Shown here: positions 8,652 to 18,514 of the stretch, piece after piece
Numbering within the stretch: position 1 is the stretch's first letter
Layout: every line of letters starts with the position of its first letter
From: Thermostichus sp. DRC_bins_24
GTDB lineage: Bacteria > Cyanobacteriota > Cyanobacteriia > Thermostichales > Thermostichaceae
Length of the DNA stretch: 20,882 nt
Direction: 5' to 3'
Assembly: GCA_039794845.1 (NCBI GenBank)
Contig: JAUQVK010000108.1
Coordinates: 1-20,882 of the forward strand
The notes under the pieces: generated by a model
What the model was told of the DNA's origin: nothing
Database searches by the model: none
The model's input: only the letters and a program-made list of their open reading frames with translations
Translations under genes and position numbers: made by a program

Positions 8652-9023
8652 TTAGAACTCTTCGACATCGATTATATACATCGAGTAAGAAAGGCCAGAA
8701 AACTCAGTTGGCCATGGGCATCTATCCCTACTTGGGATATACTTGCATCTCAAGTCTGCTACGCCTGAAGGATTACAGTTGTATTCACATTCTCTTTAAT
8801 CATCTCTAGGAGCTGGCAGGATTCTTTCGCTGACATAGGAACAGAATGTGTCAGAAGGTTTTGGAGCACGCTCAAGAATGACTGTAGATGAAGGTTTATC
8901 GGGAGTAATGGATGAACCCATAGTTGCTGCACTCCCACATCCCACCAACAAGAGCAGGGAAAATAGAACCACAAGTAGGGCTAGGGGAATCTCTACCTTG
9001 CACAAATGGATCATTTTCTGCAT
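8652..9023 (-). pseudogene. Cys-rich lipoprotein interrupted by one in-frame TAA (8796-8798)
   Basis: Signal peptide with lipobox LVGC. After TAA 8796-8798 the same frame stays open for 47 more codons (RECEYNCNPSGVADLRCKYIPSRDRCPWPTEFSGLSYSMYIIDVEEF*) and ends at 8652, 37 nt before the Sel1 ATG. Confidence 0.6.
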
Positions 9024-9202
9024 GGTTTGACCCCAGAAACGGCAAAAAAGGGTAGCCCTCCTGACGGGACAAGGATCTCAGAGTACGAATTGAGCCGCCC
9101 CCACCACGTTTCCAGGAGAGCCAAAAGGGTTAGGAATGAGTCCAAACCACACAAGTTTAAATCAAGACAGAAGAAACCTCGACTGAGAGGATGTTTAGAA
9201 AC

Positions 9203-10081
9203 TTAACAAATGAGACAGCTGAAGTTTTGCCGCTCCAGTGTGGGGACGGTTCGCTTCACCAAGCCCGTTAACACGTTCCCTGGGCCAATTTCCCAGACCT
9301 GTTGGATCCCATCGGCGGCCATCTGGAGCACCGTTTCTCGCCAACGGACAGGGGCCGTCATTTGGGCCAAAAGGGCGTGCTTGAGGGCCTGCGCATCTTG
9401 GCTGGCGGTGGCGGTACAGTTGCTGTAAACCGGCACCCGTGGGGGCTGAAAGGCTATGGGCTCTAGGGCTTGGGCAAATTCCTCGGCGGCCGCTTGCATC
9501 AACCGCGAGTGAAAGGCACCACTCACCTTTAGGGGCACCGCCCGTTTCGGCTGCAGTTGCGCACATACCGCTTGTACGGCCTCGACTTGGCCGGTGATCA
9601 CCACCTGATCCGGGCTGTTGTCGTTGGCGATGGCCACCTCTGGAATGATCTCGCAGAGGTGTTCCAACTTGGCTCGGTCAAACCCGATCACCGCCGCCAT
9701 GCCGCCAGATTGAGCGGGATCCCCGTCTCCCACCGCATCCATCAACTGACCCCGCAGCGCCACCAGCCGCAAGCCCGTCTCGAAATCAAACACCCCTGCG
9801 GCATACAGGGCGCTGTATTCCCCCAGACTGTGCCCTGCTGTGCAGGCGGGGGCCTTGCCCTGAGCGTAGAGATAATCCGTCAGCAGGGCCGAAACCGTAA
9901 ACAGGGCCGGTTGGGTATAGCGCGTTTGGTGGATCTGCGCCTCTTGTAGCCCCAACGGATCCCATCCCAGTACCTCAGAGGCCAAGGCCAACTTTGGGGC
10001 GGCCCCTTCCCAATCCCGCAAGTCCTTTCCCATGCCGACGGCTTGGGATCCCTGGCCGGGATAAATCCAGGCAATGGTCAT
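9203..10081 (-). CDS. fabD: Malonyl-CoA:ACP transacylase
   Basis: PGQGSQ, TQPAL, GHSLGEY catalytic Ser, SGAFHS, PVRW, EIGPG. ATG 10081 lies 4 nt after the fabH stop. Confidence 0.96.
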   Translation of the reverse strand: MTIAWIYPGQGSQAVGMGKDLRDWEGAAPKLALASEVLGWDPLGLQEAQIHQTRYTQPALFTVSALLTDYLYAQGKAPACTAGHSLGEYSALYAAGVFDFETGLRLVALRGQLMDAVGDGDPAQSGGMAAVIGFDRAKLEHLCEIIPEVAIANDNSPDQVVITGQVEAVQAVCAQLQPKRAVPLKVSGAFHSRLMQAAAEEFAQALEPIAFQPPRVPVYSNCTATASQDAQALKHALLAQMTAPVRWRETVLQMAADGIQQVWEIGPGNVLTGLVKRTVPTLERQNFSCLIC

Positions 10082-10085
10082 TACT

Positions 10086-11117
10086 CTATTTCCCCCAACG
10101 AAACACAATGGATCCCCAGGTGAGACCGGCCCCAAAGCCCACCATCACCCCCAGATCTCCTGGGCCAAAGCGCCCTTGCTCGATCCAGTCCGCCAAGGCA
10201 ATCGGTACCGAGGCTCCTGAGGTATTGCCGTAGTGCTCCAGCACACTGGCCACCCGCTCGGGATCCACCTCAAGGCGTTTGGCGATGGCATCGAGAATCC
10301 GTTGATTGGCTTGATGGACAAAGTAACCACGCACCGATTCTGCCGGGATCCCTGCCCGAAACAAGGATTTTTCGATGATCTCCGGCACCGCATTAACGGC
10401 AAACTTGTACACCTCTCGACCGTTCATGGTGATGGGACAACAGCGGTATTGCCCCACTTCAAGGGATCCCACCAGGGGTTGGGCCTCAGTTTCCATGCGC
10501 AAACTCAGCAGTTCGCTGCCGGTGCCATCGCTGCGCAATTCAATGCCCAGAATGCCTTGCCTGCCAGAGTCCGGTAAGCCTGCTTCTGTCGCCGTATCCG
10601 CCTGCAAAACCACCGCTCCTGCCCCGTCCCCAAACAGCACACAGGTGGTGCGGTCTGTCCAGTCTACCGTGCGCGAGAGCACATCCGCCGCCACCACCAA
10701 GGCCCGCCGGTACAGCCCGGTTTGCAAAAATTGAGTTGCTGTGGCCACCGCAAACACAAATCCTGTGCAGGCTGCCGTCAGGTCAAACGCCACCGCCCGC
10801 GTTGCCCCCAAGGCGGCTTGCACTTGTGGGGCAGAACCAAAGCGATCGGCACTGGTGGAGGTGGCCAACAGGATCAAGTCCAGCTCTTGGGGGTGGATCT
10901 GAGCTTGTTCCAGGGCTCGAGTGGCCGCCTGACAGGCCAGATCCACCAGGCTCAACTGGGGTGGGAGAATGCGCCGTTCCCGAATGCCGGTGCGCGGCCA
11001 AATCCACTCATCGGAGGTTTCAACAATCTGGCCCAAATCGTTGTTGTGCAGACAGGGATCCGGCAGGGCGGCACCAATCCCCACCAACCGCACCGTCGGG
11101 AAGCCGTGGTTGGGCAT
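10086..11117 (-). CDS. fabH: 3-oxoacyl-ACP synthase III
   Basis: TSDEWI..RTGIRERR, AACTGF (Cys), LFGDGAGA, HQAN (His), GNTS (Asn), GFGAGLTWG. Confidence 0.97.
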   Translation of the reverse strand: MPNHGFPTVRLVGIGAALPDPCLHNNDLGQIVETSDEWIWPRTGIRERRILPPQLSLVDLACQAATRALEQAQIHPQELDLILLATSTSADRFGSAPQVQAALGATRAVAFDLTAACTGFVFAVATATQFLQTGLYRRALVVAADVLSRTVDWTDRTTCVLFGDGAGAVVLQADTATEAGLPDSGRQGILGIELRSDGTGSELLSLRMETEAQPLVGSLEVGQYRCCPITMNGREVYKFAVNAVPEIIEKSLFRAGIPAESVRGYFVHQANQRILDAIAKRLEVDPERVASVLEHYGNTSGASVPIALADWIEQGRFGPGDLGVMVGFGAGLTWGSIVFRWGK

Positions 11118-11122
11118 CAGCG

Positions 11123-12217
11123 CTATCCTTCCACCCGATCCAACGGTCGAAAAGGCAACCTCTCGTGGTTGAGGTCGGGGGGCTGGGCCTCGTTGGGCCG
11201 AGAACTCAAGCTCGGGTTGGGTCTCGGGTCGGTGCTGTCTACCATCTCCGCCTGTAGCCGTTCCAAAACTTTCTGCTCAGCCGCCTCCTTGGCCAACCGA
11301 ATTGCGTGATAGACCATCGCCTCTTTGGAGCTGCCATGGGTGATCACACAGACGCCGTTCACCCCCAACAGCAAAGCGCCGCCATACTCCACATAGTCGA
11401 TGCGCCGTTTCACCTGTTTGAGGTTGGGTTTGAGTAGCCAAGTACCCAGCTTACCCCGCCACCCCCGCGGTAGCTCCTCCCGCAACACTTGCGTGATCAC
11501 CTGGCCTACGCTTTCGGCAAATTTGAGGAGGGCGTTGCCTACAAAGCCATCGCAGACCACAACATCAAACTCTCCCGTTAGCACATCCCGGCCCTCGGCA
11601 TTGCCGCTGAAGTGGATCCCTTTGAGTTCTGCCAGGCGTTGGTGGGTGGTCACCGACAAATCGTTGCCCTTGTTGGGCTCCTCGCCGATGTTGAGCAGAC
11701 CGACCCGCGGATGATCGATCCCCATCACACACTGGCAATAGAGGGATCCCATGCGGGCAAATTGTTCCAAAAAGCGAGGCCGACAATCGACATTTGCCCC
11801 CACATCCAACAGCAGAACCGGTTTGCCCTTCAGGGTGGGTATAAGAGCGCCGATGGCTGGACGATCAATTCCCGCCAGTCGTCCCAAGCCCAGATGGGCA
11901 GCGGCCATGGCTGCCCCTGTGTTTCCGGCGGCCACCACCGCATCCGCCTGCTTGGTTCGCACCTGCTGCATGGAAACATTGATGGAAGCCTTGGGCTTTT
12001 TACGCACCATCAGAGGTTCTTCTGCCATGCCCACATTGTCTTCGGCAGGCACAATTGTGATCCCGGAAGGTAAAGGCTGGGGCAAAAAAGGTTGCAGAGA
12101 TTCCGGACGACCAACCAGCACGATCTCGACCTGAAGCTGCCGATGGGCCAGCAGGGCACCCTTGATGATTTCTTCGGGAGCATGGTCGCCCCCCATCGCA
12201 TCAACTGCAATTCGCAC
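11123..12217 (-). CDS. plsX: Phosphate acyltransferase PlsX
   Basis: RIAVDAMGGDHAP, AGNTGA, DRPA, LDVGAN, LLNIGEE..KG, VCDGFVGN, GGALLLG, HGSS. First gene of plsX-fabH-fabD. Confidence 0.97.
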   Translation of the reverse strand: MRIAVDAMGGDHAPEEIIKGALLAHRQLQVEIVLVGRPESLQPFLPQPLPSGITIVPAEDNVGMAEEPLMVRKKPKASINVSMQQVRTKQADAVVAAGNTGAAMAAAHLGLGRLAGIDRPAIGALIPTLKGKPVLLLDVGANVDCRPRFLEQFARMGSLYCQCVMGIDHPRVGLLNIGEEPNKGNDLSVTTHQRLAELKGIHFSGNAEGRDVLTGEFDVVVCDGFVGNALLKFAESVGQVITQVLREELPRGWRGKLGTWLLKPNLKQVKRRIDYVEYGGALLLGVNGVCVITHGSSKEAMVYHAIRLAKEAAEQKVLERLQAEMVDSTDPRPNPSLSSRPNEAQPPDLNHERLPFRPLDRVEG

Positions 12218-12439
12218 AAGCTGACCTCACACTGGAATACCCCTGGCGGCCCGAGGAAAAAACCGGATCAATAACGACTTTCAAGTCTCCTCACCCCGAC
12301 AAACTGGGGTCTTGATGACTGCAAAGTGCTACCCAGTGAGCCAAGAGCCGGCTCAACAAATTTTACCAGATTTGCCCTCTCCCTTGAGGCCGCGGATTCA
12401 CGGAGGAGCAAGAAGCGATCTTAGCCAGACGGGATCCGA

Positions 12440-14179
12440 TTACACCTGAGTGAGGGTGGCCAGCAGAGATTGCACCTGTTCGACGTGGGCACGTGCAGTG
12501 GAGGTTCCTTCCTGGTGCTGGCCCAGAGTCGCTTCCAATTGCGCCAGTTGTCCCGCCAACTCCGCCCACAGATCCCGCTCTGGGTAGAGGGTGGCCTGCA
12601 GGTGGTTCAAACGCCCCCAAGTTTCGGCCATCGCTTGGGTGCGGATTCGCAGGGATCCCTCCTCCTGCTCCAGTTGTTGCCGTTGCTGCTCTAGCTCTTG
12701 TTGCTGGCGAGCCAGGTGCTCTTGCTGGGATGACGACTCAAGTTGTTGAATCAAGGTCTGTAGGCGGCCTTTCTCCTGCAGCAAGGCTTGTTTTTGGCTG
12801 TCGATTTGCCCCAAGATGGGTCCAATGTCTACAGTCGGTAGCATAGGGGTAGACACGGGTTGGCCCTGCAGTTGGCTGAGGCGGGCCTCTTGGCGGGTGA
12901 GCTCCTCGTATTCCCGTTGTAGGTTTTTTTCCTGGGGCAACAGAGCCTCCTCCAAGGCCCCACAGGCGGACTGCGCGTAGTCAATATCCATTTCAATATC
13001 AAACCGCTCATCGGGGGAGGCGGTGGCCAGGCGCTCCTGCAGCTCCTGCAAGGCTTGTCGGTTCTGCTCCAATTCCGCCCGTTGTTGGTTCACCTGGGCG
13101 GAGCGCTGTTCGTAATCTCGGCGCAGTTGGCTGACCAGAGCGGCCAATTCCTCCACCGAGATGGGGGGAGCTGAGGATCCTGCCGCACCGTCGTGGGTTC
13201 CGCCGGCGGTGATGAAGTCATGCTCCTGAAGAAGGCGCTGAGTCTGCTGATGCAGAACCTCGTGCAGCTGCAGTTGCCGGGCGATCTGTTGCAATTGCTC
13301 TTGATAGGCCCGCAGGGATCCCTGTTGGGTTTGCCATGTGGCCTGGCTTTGCTCCAAAGATTGTCGGGATCCCCACCAGGCGGTGCGGCGCTCTTGCCAG
13401 GTGTGATAGTCCCGATCCAGTTCATTTTGTCGGGTTTGAGCCTGCTGACGCTCTTGCTCCAGCTCGGCAATCTGCTGATTCAGCTGCTCCTGACGCTGCT
13501 GAATGTGACCCTTTAAGCCCTGGAGAGGGGCCAAGGGATCCCCGGAGGGCTGCAACGCCTCCTGGAGCTGCTGAATGAGGGCTTGGAGCTGTGCAGCTTC
13601 GGCTTCCCCCAGTCGGCTGGCTCGCGCTTCCTGCAACTGGGCTTCCAGTTCCTGCCGCTGCTGGTTGAGGGCCTCCCGTTGCTGCCCGATGAGGCGTTGT
13701 TGCTCGGCCAGGTGGGCCTGTTGGGTTTCCAACTCCTCTCTAAGGCTATCCAGAAGCTTGCGATCCTCTTCTACCCCTTTGTATTGCTCGTAAAGCCGCC
13801 GAATCTCTTCCTCTTGCCCCTCCAACTCCATTTCGCGGCGGGTTAGTTCTTGCGCCTGAAAGGTGAGGGACTGTTTCCAGACCTCGATTTCTTCTTCTTG
13901 ACTGCGGGCCTTGTCTTGGACACGGCTAAAATTTTGCAGATAAGTGACCACTTGCCGGGCCGCTTCGCTAATGCGAGAAACCTGACGGCTGCCCGAGATT
14001 TCCGCCAGAACCAAAGAGCCATCCTTGAAGCGGTTCGCGTCCTGGGCAATGCGACCATCGAGAGTGATGGCTTCTTCGTTCACCGCCACCCAGGTGTTGT
14101 CTTGCTGCTGCTTAGCCAGCAATTGCAGAGACGACTTGGCAAACCCAATCGGCTTAGACAGCTCTGCTAGGTACAGCAC
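12440..14179 (-). CDS. hmpF: Pilus motility/taxis coiled-coil protein HmpF
   Basis: N-terminus MLYLAE...QNFSR...EEIEVWKQSLTFQAQELTRREME matches cyanobacterial HmpF as I recall it, followed by a long coiled coil. GTG start with GAAGGAG upstream. Confidence 0.85.
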   Translation of the reverse strand: MLYLAELSKPIGFAKSSLQLLAKQQQDNTWVAVNEEAITLDGRIAQDANRFKDGSLVLAEISGSRQVSRISEAARQVVTYLQNFSRVQDKARSQEEEIEVWKQSLTFQAQELTRREMELEGQEEEIRRLYEQYKGVEEDRKLLDSLREELETQQAHLAEQQRLIGQQREALNQQRQELEAQLQEARASRLGEAEAAQLQALIQQLQEALQPSGDPLAPLQGLKGHIQQRQEQLNQQIAELEQERQQAQTRQNELDRDYHTWQERRTAWWGSRQSLEQSQATWQTQQGSLRAYQEQLQQIARQLQLHEVLHQQTQRLLQEHDFITAGGTHDGAAGSSAPPISVEELAALVSQLRRDYEQRSAQVNQQRAELEQNRQALQELQERLATASPDERFDIEMDIDYAQSACGALEEALLPQEKNLQREYEELTRQEARLSQLQGQPVSTPMLPTVDIGPILGQIDSQKQALLQEKGRLQTLIQQLESSSQQEHLARQQQELEQQRQQLEQEEGSLRIRTQAMAETWGRLNHLQATLYPERDLWAELAGQLAQLEATLGQHQEGTSTARAHVEQVQSLLATLTQV

Positions 14180-14560
14180 GCCTGGACTCCTTCAAAACAG
14201 TATGGACAGCGATGATCCGAACTCTGCCTCAGCCGAACCCCCTCCCCGCTTTGGGAAAATCGGGATGCTCACTGAGGCATGGTGAAGCAACCTCCCCAAA
14301 CCCAACAGCCTGTTCTCGCGATGGTCTCACCTCGTCTCGAACTTTGCGTTAGGCAGTGTGCCCGGCAATGGAGCAGCCGACTTAGCCCCTATCCTAACCT
14401 GCAGTTTAACCAGCTTCCGCTACGATCGCTCACCCACCGGAGGTAAAAAAAGCCACTGCTGCCAAGTTGGCCCTGCGGATGCTGGGGGTAGCTATTCAAA
14501 CCGGCACTGGAAAATTAGAGTAGTCTATGGTGTGGTGTGGAGTTCTGTTGAGGGGGTCGT

Positions 14561-15481
14561 ATGGAGCTGCGAGATGAAGCACCTTCCATCCGTCGCCGTT
14601 CCCCTGCCCCGGCTGTGGTGGTTGCCTCTCAGGTGTATCAAACCGCCTCGCCCGAGGCCAAACCTCGCCACATTTTGGAGGAGATCGTCTGGCACAAAGA
14701 GCAGGAAGTGGAGCGCCAACGCCAGCAGCTACCGCTTAAGCAGTTGCAGCAACAGGTTGCCCAAGCCCCGCCAACACGAGATTTTGTGGCGGCTCTGACC
14801 CGGTCTCCCTACCCCGTTTCGCTGATTGCCGAGGTAAAAAAGGCTTCTCCCAGCCGTGGGATCCTCCGGGATCCCTTTGATCCGGTGGCGATTGCCCAAA
14901 GCTATGTGGCCGGGGGGGCCAGTTGCCTGTCGGTTCTGACGGATGAGCGGTTTTTTCAGGGCAGTGGCGAGTATCTGCGGCAAATACGCCAAGCGGTGGA
15001 GATCCCGCTGCTGTGCAAGGAGTTTATTCTCTACCCCTACCAAATCTTGTGGGCCCGTGCCCTGGGGGCGGATGCAGTGCTGTTGATCGCGGCCATTCTC
15101 TCCGATGCCGACCTGGGCTATTTCCTCAAGCTGATTCGGCAGTTGGGCATGGCGGCTTTGCTGGAGGTGCATACTCAGGGGGAACTGGAGCGCGTGCTGC
15201 GCTTACCCCAGTTGGCGGAGGGGCAGGAACGGGTGTTGATCGGCATCAACAACCGCGACCTGAGGACCTTTAGGGTGGATCTGAATACAACCCGCAGTTT
15301 GCTCATGGCCTGTCGGGAACGCTTGGGGGATCTGCCCATTGTCAGTGAATCTGGCATTACCAGCCCTGCCGATTTGCAACAGCTGCAGGCTTGGGGCGTA
15401 CGCTCTGTGTTGGTGGGGGAGGCCTTGGTCAAACAGCCAGATCCCGGCCAAGCTGCCCGTCACCTCTTGTCATCCCACTGA
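14561..15481 (+). CDS. trpC: Indole-3-glycerol phosphate synthase
   Basis: [69 protein letters not shown]. Confidence 0.97.
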   Translation: MELRDEAPSIRRRSPAPAVVVASQVYQTASPEAKPRHILEEIVWHKEQEVERQRQQLPLKQLQQQVAQAPPTRDFVAALTRSPYPVSLIAEVKKASPSRGILRDPFDPVAIAQSYVAGGASCLSVLTDERFFQGSGEYLRQIRQAVEIPLLCKEFILYPYQILWARALGADAVLLIAAILSDADLGYFLKLIRQLGMAALLEVHTQGELERVLRLPQLAEGQERVLIGINNRDLRTFRVDLNTTRSLLMACRERLGDLPIVSESGITSPADLQQLQAWGVRSVLVGEALVKQPDPGQAARHLLSSH

Positions 15482-15517
15482 ATGAGGATCAACGGATCCC
15501 AAGGACCGCTCAGACCG

Positions 15518-15745
15518 ATGAAACGCATCCCTGTGCCTGCCCATGTCCACTACGAATTTCTGCTGCGGGTACTGGAGCGGCAAACGTTTCCGGCCGTGGA
15601 AGAGCAGGATTTTAACAACCGAGCCCGTATGCAAGAGCTGATCAACTCTTTGCGCAAAGCCCTAACCCAACAGTTGCAACTGGAAGAAGACTGGCGACAA
15701 CGGGGCTATCAGGTGGATCACCGCTGGAACATGGACGAGCAGTAG
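15518..15745 (+). CDS. Conserved cyanobacterial small protein (DUF5340-like)
   Basis: IPVPAHVHYEFLLRVLERQT...ELINSLRKALTQQLQLEE...VDHRW matches a small cyanobacterial family. Start is ATG 15518 or 15482. Confidence 0.78.
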   Translation: MKRIPVPAHVHYEFLLRVLERQTFPAVEEQDFNNRARMQELINSLRKALTQQLQLEEDWRQRGYQVDHRWNMDEQ

Positions 15746-15756
15746 TCTGAGCCCTC

Positions 15757-15788
15757 TTGACTCTCCAGTTAACTGTAAGGTTTAGCAT
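15757..15788 (+). promoter_or_regulatory. MerR-family metal-responsive promoter/operator
   Basis: -35 TTGACT (15757-62), 20-nt spacer, -10 TAGCAT (15783-88). The dyad ACTCTCCAGTT|AACTGTAAGGT spans the spacer, with a perfect core CAGTTAACTG. Confidence 0.8.
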
Positions 15789-15862
15789 CAAACCAACTCA
15801 ATCCAGTGTCTCGGCTCTGTCCAGCCGGGGTGGGTGCTTTCTGCCTAGGAGGTTTTGTCAAG

Positions 15863-16057
15863 ATGCAAACTGCGTTAACCGTGCCCAAGCTGGCTTGCTC
15901 GGCCTGTGTTGAAACCGTTACCCAAGCGGTGCGGCAACTGGATCCTCAGGCCCAAGTGGAAGCGGATCCCAAAACCAAGCGGGTGGTGATCACCTCCGAG
16001 CGTTCTGCTGACGATTTGCGGCAGGCCCTCATCCAAGTGGGCTATCCCCCGGCCTAG
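15863..16057 (+). CDS. Copper chaperone (Atx1/CopZ-type HMA protein)
   Basis: 64 aa with metal motif LACSAC and C-terminal GY. AGGAGG at 15847-52 precedes ATG 15863. Confidence 0.9.
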   Translation: MQTALTVPKLACSACVETVTQAVRQLDPQAQVEADPKTKRVVITSERSADDLRQALIQVGYPPA

Positions 16058-16178
16058 CCCATTCATGGCCGGAAACGGTCTGACCCCAACAGCTGACCTC
16101 TCTACAGTCTCTCTACAGGTTGCTGCCTTTGCCCTTCTCGGGTTGAGGGGTGGCTATGGATTTCGTCCAGGTATTGCC

Positions 16179-18503
16179 ATGTCTACACAAGAAGTATCGT
16201 CGGATGCGTTACCGGTCTCTACCCCCTCTGATGAGGGCACTTGGCAGTTGGCCTTGCAGGGTATGAGTTGCGCCTCCTGCGCCCACAGCATTGAACAGGC
16301 CCTCACGCAGGTGCCGGGGGTATCCCAGGGATCCGTCAATTTTGCCAGCGAGCAAGCCACCGTCAAAGGGGATCCCAGGCGGGTGAATCCGCAGGTGTTG
16401 ATCCGGGCGGTGGAGCAGGCGGGGTATCGGGCGCGATGGATCCCAGAGGACTGGCAGGAAACCGATCCGACGGATCCAGAGCGGATCGCCCAACGGGCCG
16501 CCGAACGGGAACTGAAGCTAAAGGTGGCCATAGGGGTGGGCATCAGCACGGTGCTGGTGATCGGATCCCTGCCGATGATGTTGGGCATGGAGATCCCGGG
16601 CTTTCCCATGTGGCTGCACAATGCCTGGTTGCAGCTGGTGTTGACGGCGCCGGTGCAATTTTGGGTGGGCAAACATTTTTATCGCGGGGCTTGGGCGGCT
16701 TGGCAACGGCGTTCAGCGGATATGAACACGCTGGTGGCCTTAGGAACCAGTGCGGCGTTCTTTTACTCCCTGTTCCCCACGGTTTTTCCCCACTACTTTC
16801 ATCGGCAGGGGCTGCATCCGGATGTGTACTACGAAGTGTCTGCCGTGGTCACTACCCTGATCCTGGTGGGCAAGTGGATGGAGCAACGGGCCAAAGGGCA
16901 AACCTCCGAGGCCATTCGCAAGCTGATGGGGCTGCAACCGAAAACAGCACGGGTGATTCGCCAAGGGGTGGAGCAGGATATCCCGATCCGGGAGGTGCAG
17001 GTGGGGGATCGGATCCGGGTACGACCCGGGGAAAAAGTGCCGGTGGACGGGGTGATTCTGGAGGGATCCTCGGCGGTGGATGAGTCGATGGTGACCGGCG
17101 AGAGTTTGCCCGTTCAAAAAAACGCTGGAGATGAGGTGATCGGGGCCACCTTGAATCGTACGGGCAGCTTTGTCTTCGAGGCTCGGCGGGTGGGCAAAGA
17201 CACCGTACTGGCTCAGATCGTGCGCTTGGTGCAGGAGGCTCAGGGATCCAAAGCCCCGATTCAGCAGTTGGCGGATCGGGTCACGGCCTGGTTTGTGCCG
17301 GCGGTGATCGGCGTCGCCATTCTCACCTTTGTCCTCTGGCTGGTGCTGGCGGGGAACCCGACGCTGGCCCTGGTAAACACAATTGGGGTGCTGATCATCG
17401 CCTGTCCCTGTGCCCTGGGGCTAGCCACCCCCACCTCGATCATGGTGGGTACGGGGCGAGGGGCAGAATTGGGGGTACTGGTGAAAAGTGCCGACAGCCT
17501 GGAGCTGGCCCATCGTCTGCGCACCGTGGTCTTGGACAAAACCGGCACCCTCACCGAAGGCCGTCCCACCGTCACAGATATCTGGGCAACTGGCCCCTCT
17601 CCCCTGGCGGTGTTGCGCCTGGCGGCGGCTGTGGAACGGCACTCGGAGCATCCTTTGGCCCAGGCGGTGGTTCAGAAAGCCGAAGCAGAAGGCATGACAA
17701 GCTCCGGCGCACAAGGGATCACGATCCCCGTCGCCCAGAAGTTTCAGGCATGGGTGGGCAACGGGGCCGAAGCCTGGGTGGAAGATCAGTGGATTCGCAT
17801 CGGTCGGCTGAGCTGGTTGCAGGAGTTGGGGATCCCCTGGGATCCATCTTTAGCAGAGCCGGTACAAACCTGGGAAAGCCAGGGAAAAACCGTGATCGGC
17901 GTGGCGCAATCGGCAAGGTTAATGGGGCTGTTGGCCATTGCCGATCCCATCAAACCGACTTCCCCCGAAGCTGTCCAACAAATGCGCCGGATGGGCTTGG
18001 AGGTGATCATGCTCACAGGAGATAACCCCACCACCGCCCAAGCGATTGCCCACCAAGCGGGGATCCAGCGGGTCATTGCCCAAGTTCGTCCCGATCAAAA
18101 GGCAGCCCACATACGCCAGTTACGGCAGTCCCAACGCCTGGTGGCAATGGTGGGAGACGGCATTAACGATGCTCCGGCTCTGGCGGAAGCAGATGTAGGC
18201 ATCGCCCTCGGTACGGGCACCGACGTGGCTGTGGCCGCCAGCGATATTACCCTCATGTCCGGGGACCTACGGGGAGTGGTCACTGCCATTCAACTGAGCC
18301 GGGCCACCCTCAACAACATCCGTCAAAACCTATTTTTCGCCTTTATCTACAACACCCTCGGGATCCCAATTGCTGCTGGGGTGCTCTATCCTTTTACCGG
18401 CTGGTTACTCAACCCCATGGTGGCCGGGGCGGCGATGGCCCTCAGTTCCGTTTCGGTGGTGACCAATGCCCTGCGCCTGCGGCGTTTTCGACCGCAAAGA
18501 TAG
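16179..18503 (+). CDS. Cu(I)-transporting P1B-1 ATPase (PacS/CopA-like)
   Basis: [31 protein letters not shown], and the YN and MxxSS Cu(I) signatures. Start placed at ATG 16179; the frame is open from 16065. Confidence 0.95.
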   Translation: MSTQEVSSDALPVSTPSDEGTWQLALQGMSCASCAHSIEQALTQVPGVSQGSVNFASEQATVKGDPRRVNPQVLIRAVEQAGYRARWIPEDWQETDPTDPERIAQRAAERELKLKVAIGVGISTVLVIGSLPMMLGMEIPGFPMWLHNAWLQLVLTAPVQFWVGKHFYRGAWAAWQRRSADMNTLVALGTSAAFFYSLFPTVFPHYFHRQGLHPDVYYEVSAVVTTLILVGKWMEQRAKGQTSEAIRKLMGLQPKTARVIRQGVEQDIPIREVQVGDRIRVRPGEKVPVDGVILEGSSAVDESMVTGESLPVQKNAGDEVIGATLNRTGSFVFEARRVGKDTVLAQIVRLVQEAQGSKAPIQQLADRVTAWFVPAVIGVAILTFVLWLVLAGNPTLALVNTIGVLIIACPCALGLATPTSIMVGTGRGAELGVLVKSADSLELAHRLRTVVLDKTGTLTEGRPTVTDIWATGPSPLAVLRLAAAVERHSEHPLAQAVVQKAEAEGMTSSGAQGITIPVAQKFQAWVGNGAEAWVEDQWIRIGRLSWLQELGIPWDPSLAEPVQTWESQGKTVIGVAQSARLMGLLAIADPIKPTSPEAVQQMRRMGLEVIMLTGDNPTTAQAIAHQAGIQRVIAQVRPDQKAAHIRQLRQSQRLVAMVGDGINDAPALAEADVGIALGTGTDVAVAASDITLMSGDLRGVVTAIQLSRATLNNIRQNLFFAFIYNTLGIPIAAGVLYPFTGWLLNPMVAGAAMALSSVSVVTNALRLRRFRPQR

Positions 18504-18514
18504 GGAAAAAACAA

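Noticed and set aside
9006..9206. 66-aa plus-strand ORF at the islet edge
   Set aside because: It overlaps the lipoprotein start on the opposite strand and has no RBS or motif.
12440..14179. SMC/Wadjet-like defence ATPase
   Set aside because: No Walker motifs, and the N-terminus matches HmpF.
14358..14798. 146-aa ORF overlapping the trpC start
   Set aside because: Out-of-frame overlap with trpC and an atypical composition.
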